In this document: positions 55,996-64,000 of the stretch, piece after piece
Layout: the number at the start of each line of letters is the position of its first letter
Numbering within the stretch: position 1 is the first letter of the stretch
Assembly (NCBI RefSeq): GCF_021246445.1
Contig: NZ_JAJQXW010000001.1
Location: 682,001 to 746,000, forward strand
Direction of reading: 5' to 3'
DNA from: Rhabdothermincola salaria
Lineage (GTDB): Bacteria; Actinomycetota; Acidimicrobiia; Acidimicrobiales; Acidimicrobilacustridaceae
DNA: 64,000 nucleotides
Position numbers and translations under genes: made by a program
The notes under the pieces: generated by a model
What the model saw: only the letters and a program-made list of their open reading frames with translations
The model's database searches: none
Told to the model about the DNA's origin: nothing

Positions 55996-56072
55996 AACGC
56001 CGAGGGTAGTCGCGTGGCCAGATGGCTGCCCGGGAAGTAATGTTCGGGGAAGCAGAACCGGGGGGACGACCG

Positions 56073-57812
56073 ATGGCCGAGGAAGAGTTCGATCTGATCG
56101 TGCGGGGAGGGATGCTGGTCGACGGCACCGGCACCTCCCGTCGCCGCGTCGACGTGGGCGTCCGGCACGGGAAGGTGGCCGAGATCGGCCGTCTCGACGG
56201 GCGCTCGGCTCGCGAGGAGATCGATGCCGAGGGGCTGGTGGTGGCGCCGGGCATCGTCGACGCCCACACCCACTACGACCCCCAGGTCACCTTCGATCCC
56301 GTGGCCGCCATGTCCTCCTACCACGGGGTCACCACCGTGCTCGCCGGCAACTGCGGCTTCTCGGTGGCCCCCACGCGGACGTCCGACCGGGCCTACGTCC
56401 AGGCCCTGTTCGCCAAGGTCGAGCAGATGCACCCGAGCGCCATGGACGCCATCGACTGGGACTTCGAGACCTTCGGCGAGTACCTGGCCGCCCGTGAGGG
56501 GCGCCTCGGGGTGAACCTGGCCTGCTACATCGGCCACTCCAACGTGCGCCGGTGGGTGATGGGCGACGACGGCTCGAGTCGGCCGGCCACCCCCGCCGAG
56601 GTCGAGGCCATGGCCCAGGTCGTGGCCGACGCCATGGCGGCCGGCGCCGCCGGGCTCTCCTCCTCGCACGCGCCCAGCCACCTCGACGGCGACGACCGGC
56701 CGGTCGCCTCCCGGCTGGCGGACCACGACGAGCTGCTGGCCCTGGCCGGGGCCGCCGGTCGGGCCGGCCCCGGCACCATCGCCTACCTGCCCGAGAGCGC
56801 GATCGGGGGGATCACGCCCGACGACGAGGACCTCCTCATCGAGCTCGGTCGGCGCAGCGGGCTGCCGGTGGTCATCCAGGGGCTCGGCGGCCGCAACAAG
56901 GTCGACGCGCCCACGGCCACCTGGGATCGGGCCCAGGCCTTCCTCCAGCGGGCCCGTGCCGCCGGCGCACCGGTGTACTCCATCCTCATCGCCCGGCCTC
57001 CCGACCGTCCCCTGCGCATCGACGAGAACTGCTTCCACTACCTCTCGGTGCCCTCGTGGGGGGCCATGCTGGCCCTGCCCCACGACGAACGGGTGGCCCT
57101 GCTGCGCGACCCTGCCGCCCGCGACGAGCTGCGCCACGCGGTCGAGAACTACAACCGCGACCCCGACCAGGGCACCACCACCCCGCCGCCGCTGTGGACC
57201 ACGGTCACCGTGGCCCACGTCGCCCTCCCCGAACACGAGAAGCTCGTCGGCCGCACCATCGCCGACCTGGCCGCCGAGTCGGGCGAGGCGCCCGCCGACG
57301 TCATGCTCGACCTGGCCCTGGCGGAAGACCTGGCCACGGAGTTCCGCTGGAGCTGGGAGACCGACGAGTGGGCGGCGGCGGTGGCCGAGGCCCAGCTCGA
57401 CCCCCACATGCTCATCGGCACCTCCGACGGCGGCGCCCACCTCGCCCGCGACGACGGCGCCGACTGGAGCTCGTGGTTCCTGCGCCACTGGGTGCTCGAC
57501 CGTGGGGTGTGGTCGCTCGAGGAGGGGATCCGCCAGATCACCGGCTACCCCGCCGCCCTGCTGGGCCTCGCCGACCGGGGCACGGTGGAGGTGGGCAAGT
57601 GGGCCGACCTGTTCCTCTTCGATCCCGACACCATCGACGCCGGTCGCAAGGAGTTCGTGCGCGACCTGCCCGGCGGCGCCGGCCGGTTCAAGGCCTGGCC
57701 AATCGGCGTGCGGGCCACCATCGTCAACGGGGTGCCGGTCATCGTCGACGACGTGCCCACCGGCGCCACGCCCGGGCAGGTGGCCCGGCCGTCACGGGAG
57801 GTGCCGGCATGA
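56073..57812 (+). CDS. N-acyl-D-amino-acid deacylase family amidohydrolase
   Basis: VDGTG, PGIVDAHTHYD, GVTTVLAGNCG, SDGGAH and GKWADLFLFD. Confidence 0.9.
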   Translation: MAEEEFDLIVRGGMLVDGTGTSRRRVDVGVRHGKVAEIGRLDGRSAREEIDAEGLVVAPGIVDAHTHYDPQVTFDPVAAMSSYHGVTTVLAGNCGFSVAPTRTSDRAYVQALFAKVEQMHPSAMDAIDWDFETFGEYLAAREGRLGVNLACYIGHSNVRRWVMGDDGSSRPATPAEVEAMAQVVADAMAAGAAGLSSSHAPSHLDGDDRPVASRLADHDELLALAGAAGRAGPGTIAYLPESAIGGITPDDEDLLIELGRRSGLPVVIQGLGGRNKVDAPTATWDRAQAFLQRARAAGAPVYSILIARPPDRPLRIDENCFHYLSVPSWGAMLALPHDERVALLRDPAARDELRHAVENYNRDPDQGTTTPPPLWTTVTVAHVALPEHEKLVGRTIADLAAESGEAPADVMLDLALAEDLATEFRWSWETDEWAAAVAEAQLDPHMLIGTSDGGAHLARDDGADWSSWFLRHWVLDRGVWSLEEGIRQITGYPAALLGLADRGTVEVGKWADLFLFDPDTIDAGRKEFVRDLPGGAGRFKAWPIGVRATIVNGVPVIVDDVPTGATPGQVARPSREVPA

Positions 57813-58636
57813 CCGAGCTCGAGGTGCGACCCCTCACCACCGCCATCGGCGCCGAGATCGGCGGCGTCGACCTCCGTGACGTCGACGACGCCACCGCGGC
57901 GGCCATCCGCACCGCCCTCGACGAGCACCTGGTCGTGTTCTTCCGCGACCAGCGCCTCGAGCCCGCCGACCACCTCCGCTTCGCCCAGCGCATGGGCACC
58001 ATCGACGTCGCCCCGTTCGGGCCCAAGCACCCCGACCACCCGGAGATCACCGTCCTCGACCAGGACGCCCCCCGAGGCCAAGGCGCCGACAGCTGGCACA
58101 CCGACAACACCTACCTGCCCGCGCCACCGCTCGGTTCCATCCTGCGGGCGGTGCAGCTCCCCGACCACGGTGGCGACACCCTCTGGGCCAGCATGTACGC
58201 CGCCTACGAAGGCCTCTCCCCACCCGTGCAGCAGCTGCTCGACGGGCTCACCGGCGTGCACGACCTCACCCGCATGCTGCGCATCGCCCACAGCAACGGC
58301 CAGGCGAGCGAGGCGCTCGACGCCATGCAGGCGCAGTACCCGCCCCAACGTCACCCGGTCGTGCGCACCAACCCCGTCACCGGCCGCAAGGCCCTCTTCG
58401 TGAGCCGCAACTGGGTGAGCCGCATCGAGGGCCTCACCGAGCGCGAGAACGAGGTGCTGTTGCCGTTCCTCTTCGAGCACGTGCGCGACCCGGCGTTCCA
58501 GGTCCGCTTCTCGTGGCGCCCCGGGTCGATGGCCATGTGGGACAACCGGTGGGTCCAGCACTACGCCGTGGCCGACTACACGGGCACGCGTCGCATCATG
58601 CACCGCATCACCCTCACCGGCGACGTGCCCGTCTGA
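57809..58636 (+). CDS. TauD/TfdA family Fe(II)/2OG dioxygenase
   Basis: WHTD, GGDTLW, HPVVR, WDNR..QHYA and MHRIT; ATGA overlap. Confidence 0.93.
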   Translation: MTELEVRPLTTAIGAEIGGVDLRDVDDATAAAIRTALDEHLVVFFRDQRLEPADHLRFAQRMGTIDVAPFGPKHPDHPEITVLDQDAPRGQGADSWHTDNTYLPAPPLGSILRAVQLPDHGGDTLWASMYAAYEGLSPPVQQLLDGLTGVHDLTRMLRIAHSNGQASEALDAMQAQYPPQRHPVVRTNPVTGRKALFVSRNWVSRIEGLTERENEVLLPFLFEHVRDPAFQVRFSWRPGSMAMWDNRWVQHYAVADYTGTRRIMHRITLTGDVPV

Positions 58637-58652
58637 CCACGCGCCGACGGCG

Positions 58653-59324
58653 TCAGACGTCGAGGGCCGACAGCTCCGTGCGTATGAAGATGCCCTCGCC
58701 ACGGGCGGTGACCTGCCCGGCGTGGCTGATCGTGCCCACGGTGAACACCTTGCGGCCCTCCACCCGGTCGATCCAGCCCTCGAGCTCCAGCTCGGTGCCG
58801 AGAGGCGTGGGGCGCTCGTAGCGGACGCTGAGGGTGCCGGTGAAGGCGCCGAGGCCGTTGATCACGTTGGTGACCCCGAGCAGCTCGTCGAAGATCAGGG
58901 CGATGTTGCCCCCGTGGACCATGTCGGGCGGACCGACGTAGGGCGCCCCGAGCACGGCGGTGCCCGTCGTGCGCTCGCCGTCGGAGGTCAGCACGATCGG
59001 CGGCGACAAGGGGTTCAACGGGCCCACCACGGGGCTGTACGGGAAGAAGCCGGCCGGGTCGCGCCCTGCTGGTCCGCCGCCGCCGAGCATGACCTCCGGA
59101 TAGAGGGCGCCCTGCATCCGCATGGCCTCCACCCGGTGGGGGGCGAGCAGGGCGGCGGCCTCGGCGGCCAGGCCGGCCACCTGCTCGAGCACCTCGGCCG
59201 GCGCGTCGGCCACCCGCAGGCCCTCGATGAGCGAGCGCACGGCCTGCGCCGCCCCCGCCGTGGCCTCGTGCTCGCCGACCTGGCCCGTGGCCGACCCGGC
59301 GTCGCGCCGCTCACCCGACGTCAT
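58653..59324 (-). CDS. PaaI family thioesterase
   Basis: SPVVGPLNPLSPP, GPPDMVHGG..FDE and TGTLSVRYERPTP. Confidence 0.88.
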   Translation of the reverse strand: MTSGERRDAGSATGQVGEHEATAGAAQAVRSLIEGLRVADAPAEVLEQVAGLAAEAAALLAPHRVEAMRMQGALYPEVMLGGGGPAGRDPAGFFPYSPVVGPLNPLSPPIVLTSDGERTTGTAVLGAPYVGPPDMVHGGNIALIFDELLGVTNVINGLGAFTGTLSVRYERPTPLGTELELEGWIDRVEGRKVFTVGTISHAGQVTARGEGIFIRTELSALDV

Positions 59325-59453
59325 GATCCATCCCCCTCGCGTCGGCACCGCTCCCACGGCAGGTGCCGGCGGCGAGCCTAGGTGGTGGCGCAGGGGGCTC
59401 GGGACGGGCCCGTCGGCGGCTCTGCGTACCCTGGGCCCGATGCCGCACCGTCG

Positions 59454-62024
59454 ATGTCGACCATGACCGGGGCCACGCTCGGCGAGCGGGTGCCCGCCCG
59501 CGACGACCCCGACGAGATCCTCGACGCCTTCACCGGCTGGGTGGCCGACCGCGGCCTGAGCCTGTACCCCGCCCAGGAGGAGGCGCTGCTGGAGATCCTC
59601 GGCGGCGCCCACGTGATCGTGAACACCCCCACCGGCTCGGGCAAGAGCCTGGTGGCCATCGCCGCCCACTTCGCCACCCTGGCCCGGCCCGGGGCCCGCA
59701 GCTTCTACACCGCCCCCATCAAGGCGCTGGTCTCGGAGAAGTTCTTCGACCTCTCCCACGTGTTCGGCGCCCGCAACGTGGGCATGCTCACCGGCGACGC
59801 GGCGGTGAACCACGACGCCCCGATCATCTGCTGCACCGCCGAGGTGCTGGCCAACATGGCCCTGCGCCACGGGCGCGACGCCCCCGTCGACCAGGTGGTG
59901 ATGGACGAGTTCCACTACTTCGCCGACCCCGACCGCGGCTGGGCCTGGCAGGTGCCGTTGCTCGAGCTCGTCGACGCCCAGCAGGTGCTGATGTCGGCCA
60001 CCCTCGGCGACGTCTCGGCCTTCGAGACCGACCTGCAACGGCGCACCGGGCGCCCCGTGGCCGTGGTGCGCTCCGCCACCCGGCCGGTGCCCCTCGTGCA
60101 CCACTACCGGGTCACCCCGCTCACCGAGACCATCACCGAGCTGCTCGAGACCCACCAGGCGCCCGTGTACCTCGTGCACTTCACCCAGGCGGGCGCGGTG
60201 GAGCAGGCGCAGTCGCTGATGAGCCTCAAGCTGTGCTCCCGCGAGGAGAAGGACGCCATCGCGGCGGCGATCGGGAGCTTCCGCTTCGCGGCCGGATTCG
60301 GTCGCACCCTGTCGAAGTACGTGCGCAACGGCATCGGGGTGCACCACGCCGGGATGCTCCCGAAGTACCGCCGGTTGGTGGAGCGCCTGGCCCAGGAGGG
60401 CCTGCTCAAGGTGATCTGCGGCACCGACACCCTCGGGGTGGGCATCAACGTCCCCATCCGCACCGTGGTCTTCACGTCGTTGTCCAAGTACGACGGCATC
60501 GACGTCCGCCTGCTGAGCGCCCGGGAGTTCCACCAGATCGGCGGCCGGGCCGGCCGCGCCGGGTACGACACCATGGGCACGGTGGTGGTCCAGGCCCCCG
60601 AGCACGCCATCGCCAACGCCAAGATGGTGGCCAAGGCCGCCGGCGATCCCCAGAAGCTGAAGCGGATGGTGAAGAAGAAGCCGCCGCCGGGCATGGTCTC
60701 GTGGGGTGAGCCCACGTTCACCCGGCTGGTCGACGCCGAGCCAGAGCCCCTCACGTCGAGCTTCGCGGTGAGTCACACCATGGTCCTCGACGTGCTCGAC
60801 CGGCCCGGCGACGGCCGGACCGCCCTCCACACCCTGCTGACCGACAACTACGAGCGCGACCGCGACCGCCAGGCCCACCTCGACCGGGCCGCCGAGATCG
60901 AGGCGTCACTGCTCGCCGGCGGGGTGATCGAGGAGCTCGCCGAGCCCGACGAGGACGGACGCACGGTGCGCGTCACCGTCGAGCTCCAGGACGACTTCGC
61001 CCTCAACCAGCCGCTGGCCCCGTTCGCCCTCGCCGCGCTCGAGCTGCTCGACCCCGACGACGTGGCCCACCCCCTCGACGTGGTGTCGGTGATCGAGTCG
61101 GTGCTCGACGACCCCCGCCAGGTGATCGCCGCCCAGCTCGACAAGGCCAGGGGCGAGGCGGTCGCCCGCATGAAGGCCGAGGGCATGGAGTACGACGAGC
61201 GCATGGCCGAGCTCGACCTCATCACGCATCCCCGGCCCCTCGCCGACCTCCTCGAACCGGCCTTCGACACCTACCGCGAGGCCCACCCGTGGGTGGCGGA
61301 CTCGCCCCTGCGCCCCAAGTCGGTGGTCCGCGACATGTACGAGCGGGCCATGGGCTTCGGCGACTATGTGGCCTTCTACCGTCTGGGACGGTCCGAGGGC
61401 ACCTTGCTGCGCTACCTCACCGACGCCTACCGCACCCTGGTCAAGACCGTGCCCGAGGATCTCAAGACCGAGGGGCTGGTGGACCTCACCGAATGGCTGG
61501 GGGAGCTGGTCCGCCAGGTCGACTCCAGCCTCCTCGACGAGTGGGAGGCCCTGCGCGACCCCGACCCGGAGCACGTCGTCGACGAGCTCGAGGTGCGCCG
61601 CGACGCCGAGCCTCCTCGGTTCAGCGAGAACCGGCGGGCGTTCACGGTCGCCGTCCGCAACGCCATGTTCCGCCGGGTGGAGCTGGCGTCGCGGCGCCAC
61701 TGGCAGCAGCTGGCCGGGCTCGGCCTCGAGGACGGGGAGGTCAACCGGGGCTGGCGGGCGGCCGACTGGGAGGAGGCCTTCGCTCCGTACTGGGCCGAGC
61801 ACGACGCCATCGTCACCGACGCCGATGCCCGCAACCCGACCTGGCTGGAGATCGCCGAGAGCCCCACCGAGTGGCGGGTGCGTCAGGTGCTGGCCGACCC
61901 AGAGGAGGACCGCGAGTGGGGCATCGACGCGACGGTCGACCTCGAGGCCTCCGACGAGGCGGGCGAGGTGGTCGTGCGGCCCGTCGGCGTCACCCGCCGG
62001 GGCGCACCGACGCCCCACGGGTGA
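59454..62024 (+). CDS. Ski2-like DEAD/DEAH-box RNA helicase with DUF3516-type C-terminus
   Basis: PTGSGKS, DEFH, SAT, HHAGMLP, TDTLGVGINVP and QIGGRAGR. Confidence 0.93.
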   Translation: MSTMTGATLGERVPARDDPDEILDAFTGWVADRGLSLYPAQEEALLEILGGAHVIVNTPTGSGKSLVAIAAHFATLARPGARSFYTAPIKALVSEKFFDLSHVFGARNVGMLTGDAAVNHDAPIICCTAEVLANMALRHGRDAPVDQVVMDEFHYFADPDRGWAWQVPLLELVDAQQVLMSATLGDVSAFETDLQRRTGRPVAVVRSATRPVPLVHHYRVTPLTETITELLETHQAPVYLVHFTQAGAVEQAQSLMSLKLCSREEKDAIAAAIGSFRFAAGFGRTLSKYVRNGIGVHHAGMLPKYRRLVERLAQEGLLKVICGTDTLGVGINVPIRTVVFTSLSKYDGIDVRLLSAREFHQIGGRAGRAGYDTMGTVVVQAPEHAIANAKMVAKAAGDPQKLKRMVKKKPPPGMVSWGEPTFTRLVDAEPEPLTSSFAVSHTMVLDVLDRPGDGRTALHTLLTDNYERDRDRQAHLDRAAEIEASLLAGGVIEELAEPDEDGRTVRVTVELQDDFALNQPLAPFALAALELLDPDDVAHPLDVVSVIESVLDDPRQVIAAQLDKARGEAVARMKAEGMEYDERMAELDLITHPRPLADLLEPAFDTYREAHPWVADSPLRPKSVVRDMYERAMGFGDYVAFYRLGRSEGTLLRYLTDAYRTLVKTVPEDLKTEGLVDLTEWLGELVRQVDSSLLDEWEALRDPDPEHVVDELEVRRDAEPPRFSENRRAFTVAVRNAMFRRVELASRRHWQQLAGLGLEDGEVNRGWRAADWEEAFAPYWAEHDAIVTDADARNPTWLEIAESPTEWRVRQVLADPEEDREWGIDATVDLEASDEAGEVVVRPVGVTRRGAPTPHG

Positions 62025-62034
62025 CCGGGGCCGG

Positions 62035-63282
62035 TCAGGCCCAGGGGCCCACCGTGCGGAAGGCGAAGGGGCTGGCACCGGCCGGGACGGCCTCGAGGGG
62101 CCGGGTCAACTCGTCGTGGGTCGGGGCGCCGATGGCCGAGGCGACGCCGGCCAGGGCGCTGGCGTCGAGCCCGTACACCTCGATGGCGGTGCCCCCCACC
62201 ATGGCCCGCACGACGTCCTCGGGGAGGTCGGCGAAGGTGTGGCGCAGCGACAGCAGGCTGTAGGGGGTGTCGCCCACCTGGAACGTGCTCTCCATGTGCG
62301 GGTAGTCCGAGCCCCACATGACCCGATCGGCGTAGCCGTCACGCACCGCCCCGTGGGCCTCGGCCCGGGACAGGAAGCTGGCACCGATGAACACGTTGCG
62401 GTGCAGGTACTCCGACGGCCGCTTCGGGACCTGGCGGGCCAGGGCCCCTCCGTAGCTGGTGTTGGCCATGTGCACGGTGTCGAGCTCGGTGACCAGGTAG
62501 GGCCACCACTCCCCGGGCTGCTCGGTGAGCACCAGCTTGAGATCGGGATGGCGCTCGAAGACGCCGGCGAACACGAGCAGGTGGGCGGCGCGGCGGCTGA
62601 ACCACCCGCCGCTCTCGATGGACATGAGCGCCACCAGCTCGGGGCCCTGGAACACCGCCGGGTCGCCGGCCCCCGAATGGGTGGTCAGCGGCATCGACAG
62701 CTCCTCGGCCGCCTCCCACAGAGGCTCCCAGGCCCGATCGTTGTAGGGACGCAGCCAGGTTCGAGGGGCAGGGAAGTTGATCCCCCGCAACCCGGCCTCG
62801 GCGGCCCAACGCACCTCGGCGACGGCGGCGTCGACGTCCCACATCGGCAGGTGGGCCAGGCCGATGTGGCGAGGGGCGCCGGCGGCGCACATCTCGGCCA
62901 GCCAGGTGTTGTAGATGCGGATGCCGACGGCGGCCAGCTCGGGATCGTCGGGGGGCCCGAGCATCGAGGTCTGGAACGGGATGGGCTGGTTGTTCTGGCT
63001 CCCGTGGAAGACCACCTCGGCGGCGATGCCCTCGAAGTCGAGGTCGCGCCGGCGGGCGTCGGGGTCGTGGTGACCCGGTGTCCACTGGTTGCGCCACGGC
63101 GACAACGGGTCGTCGTTGCTGGGGTCGTGCTCGACGTAGCGGCCCCGGCTGCGCTCGCCGTCGGCCACGTAGGCGTCGAAGGCGGCGAGGTGCTCGGGTG
63201 GGCACAGTGGGCGCAGGTCCTCTTCGAGTCTCGGGCCGATGTGGCAGTCGGCCGAGACGATCACCACCGGGTCGTCGCTCAT
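62035..63282 (-). CDS. Amidohydrolase family protein (Amidohydro_2)
   Basis: IVSADCH, WEPLWEA..PLTTH, GVFERHP and WGSDYPHMEST. Confidence 0.92.
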   Translation of the reverse strand: MSDDPVVIVSADCHIGPRLEEDLRPLCPPEHLAAFDAYVADGERSRGRYVEHDPSNDDPLSPWRNQWTPGHHDPDARRRDLDFEGIAAEVVFHGSQNNQPIPFQTSMLGPPDDPELAAVGIRIYNTWLAEMCAAGAPRHIGLAHLPMWDVDAAVAEVRWAAEAGLRGINFPAPRTWLRPYNDRAWEPLWEAAEELSMPLTTHSGAGDPAVFQGPELVALMSIESGGWFSRRAAHLLVFAGVFERHPDLKLVLTEQPGEWWPYLVTELDTVHMANTSYGGALARQVPKRPSEYLHRNVFIGASFLSRAEAHGAVRDGYADRVMWGSDYPHMESTFQVGDTPYSLLSLRHTFADLPEDVVRAMVGGTAIEVYGLDASALAGVASAIGAPTHDELTRPLEAVPAGASPFAFRTVGPWA

Positions 63283-63347
63283 GGTTCCCCCTCCAAGGTC
63301 TCGCCGCACCTTAGTGAGCCGGGTCGCCCGGGCTCGGGCGCCGGAGC

Positions 63348-64000
63348 TCAGTCCAGGGCGTCGGGGTCGCGTCGGGGGCGCCACCCCTGCAGCAGCCGGG
63401 TGTAGTTGACCCGCTCGAAGGCGTGGGGGTCGGCCACGTTGTCGAACGCAGTGGCCCCACGCGCTTCGTCGACCGTGCGGTAGCCACCCTCGTCGAGCCA
63501 GGCGACCAGCTCGTCGCGGATCGAGGCCAGGCCCGGCGCCCCGCCGACCAACAGCGCGGACGCCACCTGTACGGCGGAGGCGCCGCACAGGATGGCCTTG
63601 GCCGCGTCGTGGCCACGGTGCACCCCGCCGGTGGAGCCGAGGGAGAGGTCCACCCGCCCGTGCAGCAGGGCCAGGGCGTGGAGGCGCAGGGGCAGCTCGT
63701 CGGGAGAGGACAGGGTGAGGTGGCGATCGACGTCGAGGGTGTCGAGGTCGATGCCCGGTTGGTAGAAGCGGTTGAAGACGGTGACACCGGCGGCGCCGGC
63801 CGCGGCCAGACGGACCACGAACGCCGGCAGCGCGGTGTAGAAGGGCGAGAGCTTCACGGCCACCGGCACGTCGACGGCGGCGACCACTTCCTCCACCACG
63901 GTGATCTGGCGGCCCTCCACCTCGGCGCTCGACTCGTCGGTGGCGGTCACCACGTCGTAGAGGTTGAGTTCGATGGCGTCGGCGCCGGCGTCGGCCATCT
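63348..64000 (-). CDS. Dihydroorotate dehydrogenase-like FMN protein, 5' partial
   Basis: ADAIELN, PVAVKLSPFY, FNRFYQP, TGGVH and FERVNY; frame runs off the window end. Confidence 0.88.
   Translation of the reverse strand, partial: MADAGADAIELNLYDVVTATDESSAEVEGRQITVVEEVVAAVDVPVAVKLSPFYTALPAFVVRLAAAGAAGVTVFNRFYQPGIDLDTLDVDRHLTLSSPDELPLRLHALALLHGRVDLSLGSTGGVHRGHDAAKAILCGASAVQVASALLVGGAPGLASIRDELVAWLDEGGYRTVDEARGATAFDNVADPHAFERVNYTRLLQGWRPRRDPDALD

Noticed and set aside
1..64000. Prophage, genomic island, IS elements or anti-phage defence system
   Set aside because: No integrase, transposase, phage structural or recognisable defence domains, and no obvious compositional shift by eye. The helicase looks like the common housekeeping DUF3516 type.

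Overview
Very GC-rich actinobacterial chromosomal DNA. The gene content (F420/mycothiol enzymes, Amidohydro_2 and crotonase/thioesterase families, many leaderless-type TAnnnT promoters) suggests Actinomycetota, plausibly Acidimicrobiia; this is an inference. About 60 genes are present, mostly catabolic or transport: three ABC exporter pairs plus an orphan permease, an MFS exporter, a Zn-type ABC importer, a CPH-motif Cu P-type ATPase, GDT1, PPK2, sucrose phosphorylase, GH65, P450, thiolase-like/DUF35 pair, PepE-DUF1611-racemase, D-aminoacylase-TauD and a Ski2-like helicase. I saw no rRNA, tRNA, CRISPR, transposase, integrase or phage genes. Most unusual: (1) at 36.5-38.45 kb, two paralogous secreted acidic proteins ending in an identical free C-terminal AAAAAAAATPRFTG tail, each with a conserved promoter and structured leader, alternating with three copies of a ~50-bp palindrome; (2) a stand-alone PRMT-like methyltransferase with an unannotated Arg-rich micro-ORF nearby; (3) a large hypothetical protein with a calpain/papain-like Q-C-H-N arrangement; (4) enzymes with altered catalytic motifs (M15/NodB double His-to-Gln, Cys-less thiolase, acid-less P450); (5) four gene remnants. 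All family calls come from motif recognition by eye; no database searches were run. Start codons were often adjusted from the ORF track.
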